Source: Flaccisagitta enflata (taxonomy: Eukaryota). From it: a DNA stretch of 64,000 nucleotides. Below are positions 1 through 49,266 of this stretch, one piece after another. The notes beneath the pieces are model-generated. The model saw nothing but the letters and a program-made list of their open reading frames with translations. It ran no database searches and was not told where the DNA came from. Numbering within the stretch: position 1 is the first letter of the stretch; each line of letters starts with the position of its first letter. Position numbers and translations under genes: made by a program. Location: contig OZ231126.1 of NCBI GenBank assembly GCA_965153355.1, positions 3,906,001 to 3,970,000 on the forward strand, given 5' to 3'.

Positions 1-1366
1 TCGGGCTAAGATATTGGCCAAACTTTCACTCATATTGATTGTCGGAGAATTTTGATAAAATAAAATATATATTAGGCAATCCCAAGCTCCCCAGATGTCA
101 GAAAATATTCAAAGCGTGAAGGGCGGTAAGAGATCGGTTAAAGCTGATGCAACTCGCTATAGGCAGTAAGAACAATGAGATAAAATGGCGAATATACACT
201 GTAATGTACAGTTATACAATGTCAAATTGACTTGAAACGAGAGGCTGATGCCAACGGAATAATGAATGTTTGATGATGATGGGTAAGAAGAGATGAAGAT
301 TGGCGATAAAAGCGGATGATATTCACAGATGAATAAATGAAACGTCTTGCTGTTCTGAGCCCAGGTGGAGAAAAAAAACTTATTGCTTTTGCTGAAATAA
401 CCTTGGAGATGACGCCTTTTCTTCCTTAAGTTAGATCTGAGTTCTGACTTAACTTAAAAACTGAAATCAAACGATCGGTCAAAGTTACTTTTCCATGCTG
501 AGTCTACGTCTCGGTGGGCGGCACCGGACACCTTGCGCGTCTTTCTTCCTAGCGATGAAGCACGCCCCTATGTATCATAATCTTTGAGCGGGTTTTGGTG
601 TTGCTCCCCGAGCTTAGCCCCGACGGAAACTCCTTTGCTCAACAAATGTTGGCCCCACGACTACGGCTGCTCTCAACATGAAACTGAAACTTGTCAGGTC
701 GATAAATTAATGTAGATTAACTGTGAGAAGGTATCCTTTGAAACGGCTGCGGGCTTAATGGCTCGGGTACGCGCGATAGTGTAACTATTCCCGGGCATGA
801 GGCACCAGTATAGAAACGCGACAAACAGACAAACAAACCCAAAACTGGGCAGGGCATCGGGCAATGGCAGGAATACTCACGTCGTCTCTGAGGATACGGC
901 TCTCTCCAAGATCTGCCACTGGGCAGGGACGTCCTCTACAACCCAAATGGCGATGAAGCGGGAAGGTCACCCACAAACAAACCTCCCCAAGCAAAAGCTG
1001 TAATGTCCGTAGACTTATCACTTACAGAGGCAGTTTCATATCTCTCTTTGGGCCTCTTTGGGCAAAATATCTCCACTAGAGTCTGGGCTGGAAAAATGGC
1101 ACAAAAATCAGGATGATAGCATGAGGTCTTTATTGTAGCAGGGCAGCAGCAAGACCGAATATGAGAATGGACAATGTTCAAAGGTAGGGGATTGTAAGGG
1201 GGCAAATGTTGGGGAAGAGGAAGAGGACCCGTGGCGCCACCTGTAGGGACAAAAGGGAATCGATAAGAGGGCGCCAGTGTAGATCGGGCAAAAGAGCAAA
1301 AAAACATGATGGCGGATATGGGCTTTCAGTCTGTACGGGTTCAACATGCTGTCTATCTAATTACCG

Positions 1367-1443
<77 letters not shown>

Positions 1444-2017
1444 CTATTGGATACATTAAATCGTTATTGGATAGCGTCGTTTTGGATGTATATGCAGCGG
1501 ATATGGGCCTGTATAGTTGGATGGATTATCGTGGATTATATGGATGGATTATATGGATGGATTATTATGAATGGATTTTGGCTATCGTGATATTAAGGAA
1601 CAGTGGTTCGACATGGCTGATGAACATTATGGAAAGAAGGTTGACGACATCGCTGTCAAAGACTGTTAATATTTTGGTGTTTTGACATTGTATTATTGAT
1701 GATTTTTATTTCTATGTTATTGAAAGTGTTGTTCTACATAGGAGTTGGCTCGCTGTTCCCAATACTTATATGTCTTTTTCTCCCTCTCTTGCAGAAAAAT
1801 GTTTAGGAGCATTGCTGCTCATCTGTGAGGGTGTTTTGGAGGATTCTAGCTAATTTAGCTCACATAGCTCAGTTGTTTTTTTTAATCTTAAATATGATAA
1901 ATGAATAAATATTTCGATACATGTTTAAACAAGCAGATACAAAAATGCATATTAGTGAGCATAACTGCTTATCTGTAAGGGTGTTTTTAAGCATTCTAGC
2001 TCACTTAGCTCATTTAA

Positions 2018-5000
2018 GGCAAATGTCACGGTTCCACAGCATGCTTGAGGGCCCGACTTTCGGCCTATCTACGTTGGCCCAAGCTTCAGATACAGCACTA
2101 TAAACGCATTAAATGGTTCAAAGACATTCATAACTACCCAGTGTACAATTTCAAACCATTTTTTGTGACCCTCCCTACCCCTAGAGGGTCCAAAAATTTG
2201 TTCAAAGAGCTCTTTTTGGGGTGTCTCCATTCTGTCTCCTGTAAGAAATAGCAAGCAAAACTAATCAAAGAATGTTGCATCTTATGATATTATGAGTTTT
2301 TATCAACTAGTATCAATCCCACTGGATACACACAAAAAATTCAACTCAATCTAAAAGTTGTCAAAAAATGGTATAAAAATCAAATTTACCCCTTCTCGAT
2401 TTTTTTACTTTTTTTTCTCTCAAGATTAAATGTTATAATATTTATTTCTTTTTTACCTCATTTATCTTAAACACTAAGCATTTTTTTTTCTTGCAATTCG
2501 ATGGACAACTACTTGAAGGACATTCCCTTCCATTTTCATCTTATTGGGTCGATCCTATGCAGAGAAATGGTTTTTTTTCTTGGAGCGTATCAATACGCGC
2601 ACACACCCAAACATGATCCTAACGCATACCTAACGCTTTAAATATGCCACTATGGTGTAAAAATGAAACAATTCACATAAAATCTGACCATACCATGTGA
2701 AAGAGCTTGAAATTTTGATTCTCTTCTAATAATTTGAAATCGTAGCTCTCAGGCATTTTGTCACAATGAAATTTTACATTTTGTTGGTCCTGAAGTGTGA
2801 ACAGAATTGATACGCTCATCGACGGATCATCGTAGTTAATTCTTTGTTTCCACACAGCGCTTCTCACACAAATGCGCGATGCTTTTGTGTCTTAATTTGG
2901 TAAAATTTCTTAAAATTAAAATTGGCATATCTCAAGAAATGTTTCGAGGTAGCCCATTGAAATTTTGCATGGTTGATACCTGGACCAAGAGGGTCCTTTG
3001 CCTAAATTCTGATGCGACGTAAAGAATGTCAGGTAATCCAACCAGACCAACCAGCCTACCAGATGAAAAAATGAAAAAATGGCATAACTTCCATAATAAT
3101 TGTCCGATCTGGTTGAAATTTTGCATGGAGCTTCCTTCAAAGACTCCTCATCACTGGCATAAAAAAGAGCTTGGGGAAATAAATTTTTCTTCCAACAGCC
3201 CGCCCAGCCAGTAATGGTACTTATAGATATTTTTTTTAAAAACTAAAAAAATTCAAAAAAATTTTAGAAACATGATCACACATATTTGTTTGAATCTTAT
3301 CAATAAGAATTTTACTGTCATATTGATTTTTAGTCGCGTGCACGCGACTCTACAACCCGCTCCGTCTGTCGGTCGGTCGGTCTGTCCGTCCGTCCGTCCG
3401 TCCGTCGGTCCGTAACACTTTGCTTTTTTTCGTCTTTTTGGGTCGTCTGGAGTTATTTTGAGTCATTTTTTTGTTGTTTTTGGGAATTATTGGTTGCTTT
3501 TAGTCATTTTTGGTTATTTTTGGTCATTTTTGGTTATTTTGGTCACTTTGGTCACTTTGGTCATTTTTGGTCATTTTTTGCCATTTTTGGTCATATCTTG
3601 CCATTTTTGGTCATTTTTTTGTCATTTTTTGTCATTTTTGGTCATTTTTGGTTATTTTGGTCATTTCTGGTCATTTTGGTCATTTTGGTCATTTTGATCA
3701 TGTGGTCATTTTTGGTCATTTTTGGTCATTTTGATCATTTTTTATCATTTTTTATCATTTTTGGTCTTTTTAGGTCATTTTGGTCATTTTGGTCATTTTT
3801 GGTCATTTTTGGTCATTTTTGGTCATTTTTGGTCATTTTTGATCATTTTTGATCATTTTTGGTCTTTTTGGTCATTTTTGGTCTTTTTGGTCATTTTGGT
3901 CATTTTTGGTCATTTTTGATCATTTTTGATCATTTTTGGTCTTTTTGGTCATTTTTGGTCATTTTTGGTCATTTATGGTCATTTATGGTCATTTATGGTC
4001 ATTTTGGTCATTTTTGGTCATTTTTTGTTATTTTTGGTCATTTTTGGTCATTTTTGGTCATTTTTGGTCATTTCTGATCATTTTTGATCATTTTTGGTCT
4101 TTTTGGTCATTTTTGGTCCTTATTGGTCATTTTTGGTCATTTTTGGTCATTTTTGGTCATTTTGGTCATTTTTGGTCATTTTTGGTCATTTTTGGTCATT
4201 TTTGGTCATTTTTGGTCATTTTTGGTCATTTTTGGTCATTTTTGGTCATTTGTGGTCATTTTTGGTCATTTGTGGTCATTTTTTGTTAAAGTCTGCTGGT
4301 TAAAGTCTGCTGGTTAAAGTCTGCTGGGTAAAATCTGATGGTTAAAGTCTGCTGGTTTAAATCTGCTGGTTTAAATCTGCTGGTTTAAGTCTGCTAGTTT
4401 AAATCTAATGGGTTAAGTCTGCTGGTTAAAGTCTGCTGGTTTAAACCTGCTGGTTCAAGTCTGGTGGTTTAAGTCTGCTGGTTTAAATCTAATGGTTTGA
4501 GTCTGCTGGTCTAATGGTTCAAGTCTGCTGGTTTATGTCTGCTTGTTAAAATGATATTAAAGAGAAGTCTGGTTTAAGTCTGGTTTAAGTCTGGTTTAAG
4601 TCTGGTTTAAGTCTGGTTTAAGGCTGGTTTAAGTCTGGTTTATGTCTGGTTTAAGTCTGGTTTAAGACTGGTTCATGTCTGATTTATGCCTGGTTTAGGT
4701 CTGGGTTAGGTCTGGTTTAGGTCTGGTGTATGTCTGGTTTATGTTTGATTTAGGTCTGATTTAGGTCTGGTTTTGGTCTGGTTTTGGTCTGGTTTTGGTT
4801 TAATTCTGGTTTGAGTCTGGTTTGAGTCTGGTTTGAGTCTGGTTTGAGTCTGGTTTGAGTCTGGTTTGAGTCTGGTTTGAGTCTGGTTTGATTCTGGTTT
4901 TAGCCTGGTTTGAGCCTGGTTTGAGCCTGGTTTAAGTCTGGTTTAAGTCTGGTTTGAGTCTGATTTGAGTCTGGTTTGAGTCTGGTTTGAGTCTGGTTTG

Positions 5001-5527
5001 AGTCTGGTTTGAGTCTGGTTTGAGTCTGGTTTGAGTCTGGATTGAGTCTGGTTTGAGTCTGGCTTAAATCTGGTTTATGTCTGGTTTATGTCTGGTTTAT
5101 GTCTGATTTAGGTCTGGTTTCGGTCTGGTTTAATTCTTGTTTGAGTCTGGTTTGAGTCTGGTATGAGTCTGGTTTGAGTCTGGTTTGAGTCTGGTTTGGG
5201 TCTGTTTTGGGTTGCGTTCAAGTCTGATTTTCGATAAAAAGATACAATAAGGAGTCAGGTCAGTTCAGTTGTTTTTGTCCTGCACGCGACTTATAGGTGT
5301 TGGCCTTGTTTATTTGTGTTTAGCTAAATTTTCTAGTAGTAAAATTGCCAACAATATCTATTTAAGCCTAATTTGCATGAAAAATGAGCGTACTTAAGAA
5401 AATCCAAGTATGAATCCATATGTAATAATAGCTGAGCTTCATGATGATGTATGATTTTCTTCAATTTTCCAACATGTAAAATTGACGAATTTCACCCGTC
5501 CATGGTTAGCTTAGCATGACACCAGCC
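2018..5527. mobile_element. Non-autonomous TIR element with TTAA target duplication (Kolobok/piggyBac-type), interrupted by a Helentron-like element
   Basis: TTAA|GGCAAATGTCACG ... CATGACACCAGCC|TTAA with imperfect TIRs; internal sequence homologous to ~23850-25285. Confidence 0.6.
3327..5310 (+). mobile_element. Helentron-associated (DINE-1/HINE-like) element carrying three satellites
   Basis: T-run, AGTCGCGTGCACGCGACT hairpin, (GTCG/GTCC)n, arrays of TTTTGGTCAT (3500-4280), AAGTCTGCTGGTT (4285-4550) and AGTCTGGTTT (4565-5200), 3' subTIR TGCACGCGACT. The uninterrupted site is visible at ~25035. Confidence 0.75.
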
Positions 5528-5996
5528 TTAACTGTTTTTTTTTTCTGATTTATAATGGGATAAATAAAGGTTTTGATATGAGCATGTAAATACAAGAAAG
5601 CATGTCAGTGAGCATAGCTGGTTATCTGGTTGAATGATTTTAAGCATTTTAGCTCATCTAACTCATTTGGCTCAGTCCTATTTTTTTCTGATTTCCAGTG
5701 CAATCAATATATATAATCGCTCTTGATTTGATCTGACAAAAAATAAAAAAAATTGCAGTGATTAAGAACAAAAGCTTGGTGAAAAGTGACCAATGCTTAC
5801 GACTTTTATCCTCACGGCGACAGCCGCCATTACTGGTATAATGTTATTGTGCACACTTTGGCTATATGTCCGAGTGGCAGTTCCAAAGTTAGTTGGTACC
5901 GACACCCCCCCCAATTTTCATCCCCTTACGCAATCATTCGTTTGTTCATCTATTCATTCATATATTTCATCATTTCAGAGCGTTGCTGCAACATAC

Positions 5997-7169
5997 CTTA
6001 GCACGTTCTAAGATGTATTTTGACCCTCCATAGAGTAAAAAGAAGATGAGAAAAAATATAGTAGCGCAGAGACCGAACCACATCAATAACGCGATGATTT
6101 TTCCGATCAAAACATTCGTCTGACGAAAAGAAAATTACAGCCATTTGCTTGAGTGTTCATTCGAATACCAGTGATCATGTCGCATAAGCATTAAGTCGCA
6201 TAAAGTCCTCCAAATAATGGGATTGGGTGACGCCAATGCCCTATAATGGCCGTTCATAGGTCCTATCTACAAAGTGACCAAGACTATGAAAATGCAAGGC
6301 TTTGCTAAACGTAAGACGCACTCGATGGACTAAATAATGATAATTTATGAAAATGCCTTTCTTCTAAATATCTTTAGAACTAGTGGCGCTCGCCATATTG
6401 TGTTCCACGAAAACTTGAATGGGCATGAAAAAGAAAGGCAATAATTCATAAAACACTCCTAATATTTCTTTTAATTTTTCTTTTTGTACATTCCTGGTTA
6501 TTGCGATCTAAACTTTTTATCGAGACAATGGACCTCATTAAATCTGTTTTTGTCTAGTGGTTGCTACGTGTTACAGAGAGAAAAAAAATCATGACCGGTT
6601 TCATGTTCTCCATGTAAAGACGATTCGAATGATATGCTGCACTATACACGCTGTATTTTGTCTAAGAACACTGTTTATAAGAACATCAGCCTCAGATATG
6701 GTGAAAAAATAAGAACATCCTAAGAACATGCCTAGGCTCAGGTTTTCGCACAAAGACATTCGAAAGTACGCTTTTACATAATTTTTTTGAAGAAACAATG
6801 AAAAAACGTTGTTGGAAAAAAGTTGAATTACGTAATTCGACTTTTTGAAACGTAAGGGAGAAATAAAGTTTTCTATTTTTGGTTTGGGGCAATTTTAGAA
6901 AGTTAGGTATTTTTTTGGCTGGGAGTATACATTTTTTGATATTCATAGCTAAGAAAGAGCTGATTTTTCTCTTTCAAATGGCGCCAACCAGAAGTCTCTA
7001 CCATCATTAGTTTTGGCATTATGAATTTTTGAATCTTTTTTTTTTTCACATTTTTGCAAAGATCAATATTTTTCATTGATCTTATTTTTCGGACCTATGT
7101 AACAAGAGAGAATAGTCAAGAGGTTAAGCAAATTGACAACAATTATGACGCTGGCTTGCGCATTTTACT

Positions 7170-7206
<37 letters not shown>

Positions 7207-8693
7207 CAGAGAGAGAGAGAGAGAGAGAAAGAGAAAAACAGAGACACACACAAACAAACAAACAAACAAACGCACACACAAAGATAAAGGAAGACTGAGA
7301 GGCATAGAGGCATAGAGACAGAGAGAAACAGAGGTTGAATAACAAAAACAGAAAAACAATTGACCAGACATCATGAAATGCACATACAGAGGAACATGCA
7401 GTGAAAAAAAAGAGTCTCCCACTTATGACTTTTTTCCGGTCGTCGATTAGCCGCCTTTATTGGTACAGAATCCTCTGACCTAAACAATTCAATCAATTAC
7501 TTTTATCATTTACATTTTTTTTAATTTCCTGACTTAACATAAACAAAAATTATAAGACTGAGAATGAAATATATTCATTTCATTGAATATGACTAGTTTG
7601 CAATTATGATAAAGAACTTCCATGCTACAAAAATAAGAACGGGTTAAGAACATTTGAGGCTGAAAATTGGCAAAAAATAAGAACGCTGAGCCTCACTTCA
7701 AAAAACTGTTCTTATAAAAAATACGGCGTGTATACTTACTATAAGTCTTCTACAGTATGATTTTTTTTGGAATGCAACATTAGAAACCTATATATCTCCG
7801 CGCCTAAGCATCGTAGCAAGATGCAGATTGCACCATTGGATAGAGCTTGAAAAACTATTTTTTCTATGATTTTTCCGACATCATGATGCATCATGACATA
7901 TGTCTACCACAATGCCAGTAAAAAAAATGACATCTCTAACATCAAGAAATTGGCTGTCAGATTCTCCTTCCAAAAAGAATGAGAAGATTGTTTTTCAAAT
8001 GATTAGCAATCAAGGGGTTTCTGAGTGATTTTCTGGACAGACTTTGGAAAATATTTGTGTCATGATACCGTTGGCCTCATGATCACCAATTATTTGGTCA
8101 ACTGATCTTCCTCATCTTTTTAAGAAGGAGAATCAGACAGCAAACGGCGTTAGATCACAAATTTTACATATTTTATCCTATAAAGTTATAAATCATAACG
8201 GCATATCAAGAACCGTTTCTGTTTGCTTGTAATAAATAAAATTTCAATATTTTAGCATACGTCATACATGTAGTTCAAACATCGCTGTTTCACGCTGGTA
8301 GTTAGCCTCCGCCGCCTCCCCATGACCTACATTGATTTATAATGATTGAAATCAGAATTTTTAGTCTCATATATGACATAGATCATTCATTTCGTGTTCT
8401 TTACATGAGAATAACGTTAAAAATGAGCGATTTATGACAAAAATTTAATTTGCCTCAGTCGCGTTCACTTTCGCTCGCTAACAGAGGATCCCTTATTGCG
8501 GGATTTAACTTCATTGACTATCAATCCCTCCACCTACCCTGCAACAGTCCAATCGGTCTTTCTTCTCGACGACGACTGACTCGGAGGGTGGAGTCGGAGA
8601 TTTGTCCTTGAGTCCGTACTTTTTGAGCCTCCTCAATGATCGAGACTCGGAATTGCCGGACAAAGAGTCCACCGACGACTGGGAAGCAGACAT
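5997..8693 (-). CDS. Uncharacterised small single-pass membrane protein (at least 93 aa; exons 8538-8693 and 5997-6119)
   Basis: Exon 1 MSASQSS..LDCCR ends AGG|GTAGGT. Exon 2 has a TTTTCTTTTCGTCAG acceptor, reads TNVLIGKIIALLMWFGLCATIFFLIFFLLYGGSKYILERAK (the only open phase) and ends at a GTATGT donor. The paralogous copy near 11230-11269 differs at six synonymous sites in the first 12 codons. Confidence 0.7.
6647..7730. mobile_element. Tc1/mariner-type MITE
   Basis: TA|CACGCTGTATTTT ... AAAATACGGCGTG|TA; repeated TAAGAAC motifs near both ends. Confidence 0.75.
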
Positions 8694-8865
8694 CCTCGTA
8701 ATTTAGATTTTAGATTGTCAATCAAATCACTTATTGTAGAAATCAACTGGAAAAGGACAACTAAAAAGAGAAGAAATCAAAAAAAGAGCTATCGCAGAAG
8801 TCATGATGAGGGTCTCTATAAAGAATTCGGTTATAGCGCACTAAAAAATCGCTTGGAGAGCCATC

Positions 8866-8915
8866 TCACGCTGAAAAATCAGCGCTCGTGGAAGCTTGGA
8901 TATCTAATTTGTAAC
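8866..8915 (-). pseudogene. Relic, internally deleted copy of the V-ATPase terminal exon
   Basis: AG|GTTACAAATT..GATATCCAAG..GAGCGCTGATTT.TCAGC matches both ends of 12633-12712 but lacks the conserved PFxF segment. Confidence 0.55.
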
Positions 8916-9092
8916 CTTGCAAAACAAGTGACGCGGGTTCACAATGTCGTTGGGGAAGGATGGGCAGGGGCGGCCAACCCCCATCCACATCCCACCCGAG
9001 ACACCCTCACACACAGATACACAACTAGTCATCCAAGGATCGCGCATGGTCAGTGGTACCCGTTGCCCTGCTCGGAGTGATCAAATGAAGTA

Positions 9093-9580
9093 CAGTAGAT
9101 CTCGTCAAGACTTGAGATAACGGGGGCAAGCATTGTGGAAAAATAATTTAAGGCAGGGGAGAGATATTTGGATCATTGACTAATTAAAGGATGCTTAATT
9201 CCCCATGATAACCGGTTGCCATGAAAACATTTCCATGTATTCTTGCTAAAATATTAATATTTTGAGAGATTTTTTTTAAAGAACATTGCTTAAAATCAAA
9301 TTTGCTATAACTTTTCTACAGTATGTTCTGAGAGACATTCTTACAGAACATACTGTGGGAAAGTTGTAGTAAATTTGATTTTAAAATATGTTCTTTCCAA
9401 AAATTTCTCAGAATATTAGTATTTTTGCGAGAATACATGGAAATGCGTTTCAATAACAACCAATTTTCATGGGCAATAAAACATCTCTATATTAGTCTAT
9501 TTCAAATATCATTCCCGTGGCTACATTTATTTTCTTACAATGCTTGCCCCCGTTATCTCAAGTCTAGACGAGATCTACTG
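9093..9580. mobile_element. Foldback MITE with TA target duplication
   Basis: TA|CAGTAGATCTCGTC.AGACTTGAGATAACGGGG.. and its reverse complement; near-palindromic over its whole length. Confidence 0.88.
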
Positions 9581-9955
9581 TAGTGGAGTGAGAGCAGGGC
9601 AGCGGCCCAAAAGAAACGATGTCCTGTAGGACACCAAGGTGAACTTCTAAACATCCTGAGGGGGAATGTATCAGACCTAAAATGAGTGATTGAGGTTATT
9701 GAAGGCGTATTTGAGGTCCAAAGGGTAGATTTTAAGATCTAAGGTTAATCTCTACTCTTACAGCCTTAGTTTGGCTCTTCAAACCTCAAATCTGCACTCC
9801 AGACCTCAAATATGCCCTGCAGGCCTCGAATCTGCCCTGGACATCTGGAAATTCACCCCTGTGTCCTACAGAACATCAACCCTCTAGAGTCACTGCCCTG
9901 CTCTCACTTGATCACTCCCAGCACACTACCAGCCAAAACACGGAATGAGTTGAGG

Positions 9956-10270
9956 CAGGGGTGTATATAGTTGCACGACCTTTGATTTCTTTCCCCCCCC
10001 CTGGTCCTTTGATTTTCTTCCCCGCGGGGTCGAAATACAGTTGATTTTCTTCCCCATATACCCCCTGTATAGTTATATTTTGGTTTGAATAGTATAAAAT
10101 AATGTTGTAGTAACTAAATATTACATTTTAGTACTGTCAAAAGTGTAAAATCTTCTATGTTTTTCATTTTTTCATTTTTCCACCCTTTGATTTCCTTCCC
10201 CATTTCCAAATCCTTTGATTTTATTCCCCCCCCTGCCGGGGGGGGGAATATGCAAGAATATACAGGCCTG
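9956..10270 (+). mobile_element. hAT-type MITE, copy 1
   Basis: CAGGGGTGTATAT..ATATACAGGCCTG; 8-bp TSD AGTTGAGG. Confidence 0.9.
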
Positions 10271-11169
10271 AGTTGAGGTAGAATGATCGTCTATCACTTC
10301 GATAGTTTTTGGGTTATTGTAGTGTGTACAATATAAATCTAATGGAAACTAAATCACTTTTGGGGCGGTTTTTGAAATATATGCAAAAATGGTGTAAATT
10401 TAGTACATTTTTCATCATAACTCTTTGTGGTGATGTTTTCTGGTATTTTTGACTGCAGATTCGGATTCAGCGAGTGCTTTGCGGTTTGTTTGATATGTCA
10501 CACTATATAGTTTTGAAAAAGAAATGAAAAGTTAATTTTTTCATCATATTGCTATAAAATACATTTATTTTTAATGATTTTTTTAAAAAATAAGCTTTTA
10601 CTTCTTTTTCAAAATTATATAGTGTGACATATCAAATGAACCGCAAGCCACCCACTGAGTCTAAATCTACGATCAAAAATACTAAAAAGAATCATCACAA
10701 TGAGTTATGATGAAAAATGAACTAAATTTGTACTATTTTTGTATATATTTCAAAAAGCGCCCCAAAAATGATTTAGTTCTTTTCAGATTTGTATTATACA
10801 CACCACAAGGACTCAAAACCTATCAGAGTTATAGACGATCATTTCAAGTCAACTCATTCCGTGTTCTGGCGGACTGTGAGCAGGGCATTGGGTATCGCTG
10901 ACCATGTGCAATCCTTGGATGACTAATTGTAAGGGGGGAGGGGTGCGGCCTTTGTCAGAGTATCTTGTCAGGTAATGAAATTCAGGGGTGCAGCTTTCTC
11001 CTGTTTCTGGTAGTCAGACATGTTTGAATTTGGTGAAGATGCAAAAAAAAGGCACTGACCCCAAAAGGCTAATATTCCAAATGCACGGGGGGGGGGGGGC
11101 GCGCAAGAATTGAGGCCTAAGCCTTAGGCTAGGGCTTTCTTGTGTTCAGAAAAGATTAATAGAAAACCT

Positions 11170-11362
11170 TAGGGAGCTATGAGGCGTATGAGGACACAAG
11201 ATAAATAGAGAGAGAGCGCAGATACATCCACCGCAGCAATGCAATGATTTTCCCGATCAAAACATTAGTCTGAAGAAGGAAAAGCAGAAGTGGGACAGGG
11301 AGATCTGTCCGACATCCTCGTAATTCATTGTAAATCAATTCACTAACTCAACTGAAACATAC
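11170..11362 (-). pseudogene. Degenerate duplicate of the small membrane-protein gene
   Basis: Shares AATTACGAGGATGTC start context with 8693 and TNVLIGKIIALL exon start with 6119. The ATG is out of frame with the TM exon (46 nt apart, stop follows) and there is a 2-nt frameshift after LLRW. Confidence 0.6.
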
Positions 11363-11698
11363 TGGAATAGGAGAACTTCAAAGAAGAAATGCCGGTTTGC
11401 ATACAAATGATATCCGCCTGTGAATTCGCTTTCTCGACTCGGCCAGCATATCATATACGCAATGGTCGATGCAAGAGAATGCCAATGGGCCTGTCTGATC
11501 CGGCTTTCAAGCATTAGCGTTTTAGTGAATTAGACGAATTTTTTTCGAGTTGAATTGATACAGGAACCACTATCGCCATTTAAAGTAGGTTTCATTGTCG
11601 AGGAAGCTTCTTTTAGACTCAATATTGTCATGGAGGCCATTATGGCCATGAAGGGATGAACAACAAATTTCCATTTGAAAAATGATGGATCTGTGATC

Positions 11699-11832
11699 AC
11701 TTACCAGCAGCCATGCCTGTCTAGATAACTGCCGTCGGTGGCCGGCTCGGCGGCTCAGTGAGAAACCCGTATCGTTTACTACAAATTGCTATCTTCATAT
11801 ACTGAAATACTAAAATTAACCGCCATCTTGTA
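11699..11832 (-). promoter_or_regulatory. Candidate promoter and non-coding first exon of the small membrane-protein gene
   Basis: GC-rich patch 11705-11770 ending in CTG|GTAAGT donor at 11704; CAAGATGGCGG (YY1-type motif) at ~11820-11830. Confidence 0.3.
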
Positions 11833-12632
11833 TTTATACTCGATAATTTAAAGATACAAAATACATACTCGAGAGCCATTAGTACAAATACGTAATTAGG
11901 TGTTCAGATTTCAGAATTTTAGGTCTACTATATTTCATATTCTTGATCATATCAAATCGGATTTTAGGTCGACAATAAATGCGATAACACCATGACGAAT
12001 ATATTGGACTAGATGTAGTGGGAAAGATATTAGGGAAGGATAAAACACCACATGACACCGCGACTTTCACTTATTCACAATACCACTGAAGATTGTAGAA
12101 TAGGATAAAACATCACGCGACGCCGGGAATTTCCCCTTTTTCACAATACCACTGATAACAATAGTTATTTGGGTTAGAATAGTCGTTAAATCCTAATGTT
12201 GATGTAGTTTTTATACAATTATGGCAAAAGGAATCAAAAGGAACGAGAAGAAAAATATTTGGACAAAATTGAATTGGAGAATCTTTTTGGTGCATTTAGT
12301 GATTCACTAGGACCATCTAAAAACATCACAATTAACAGAATAGACAAAAAATTTGATATTTGGATTATATCAAGAAAACATTTTCAGGATGCGACTATTT
12401 ATCTAAATATAAAATATCTATGATTACAGTATTGTTAGTTTTACTCGGATTTAATTTCAGATTAAGGTTTAATACATTTATTCAAAATTCTTTCATCTGA
12501 TTCATTTTGAGAATCTTGCTTTCTGTAGAGACCACTTTTTTCTTTTCGAAGCCGCCCATCAATCAACACGCTTGGGACATAAATAAATATCGTGGGCTCA
12601 TATCTTGGCCACCGGGCGTTCGAGCTGAGAAA

Positions 12633-48433
<35,801 letters not shown>

Positions 48434-48788
48434 CTGGTTTGGTTTGGATTGTTGTTTTTTGGGTGAGTTTGTTGAGAGGAATCAATATTGCAGATGAATG
48501 ATGGGAGAGAAATAGTCAGCAGGAAAAAAAGAGTAGGAGAAAAATTTTAATTTAAAAAGAAAAGAAAAATGAACCGGTTATAATGTTATCAAATTCTGAA
48601 TTCTCTCTCAAATGTCATTTGAAAAGAGCGCGAGTCCATCGGGCTGTGTGAGAGAGCTCCTTCGGTAAAGTGTGAACACATACAAACAAACACACACACA
48701 CACACACAAACAAACAAACAAACAAACAAACAAACAAACAAACAAACAAACAAACAAACAAACAAACAAACAAACAAACAAACACACA

Positions 48789-48859
<71 letters not shown>

Positions 48860-49224
48860 TCACGATCACTTATTCACTATCACGATCACGATCACTTATT
48901 CAGCCCTTTCTCTTTTGTCAGTCAACCCAAGAGAGCCTTATTTGGTGCCAATTCATCCTGCAGCAAAATCAAACGTCTTAGCAAATACTTCACAATTCTC
49001 TGACTTCGATAATTAACACGTGCTTATAGGCTCAAAAAACGGCCAACTCTTCTCGCGTATAACAATCCCATTTTCCTGATTTTCATCTTTTAAACCAAAA
49101 CCAAGAAAAAAGAAATTCGCTGATTAAAGGGTATAATCGAGTCGACGCAACAAAAGGCGATGGTCACGCAATTTTGCGAATTTCAGAACCCAATTTCTTC
49201 CTTTTCCTCCTCCTCCTCCTCCTC

Positions 49225-49266
<42 letters not shown>

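Larger units (their letters stand above)
9020..10931. mobile_element. TIR element (~53-bp inverted ends) hosting three nested MITEs
   Basis: ACAACTAGTCATCCAAGGATCGCGCATGGTCAG..GCCCTGCTC against its reverse complement at 10878-10930. Confidence 0.75.

Noticed and set aside
1-33. Minus-strand ATG (MSESLANILAR) running off the window
   Set aside because: Eleven codons only; cannot be supported.
3458-4317. Hydrophobic (FGHFWSFLVI)n ORFs
   Set aside because: 10-bp satellite inside a Helentron-like element.
48920-48962. Possible extra V-ATPase exon (CAG|GATGAATTGGCA..)
   Set aside because: Stops in all phases and no similarity to the subunit a N-terminus.
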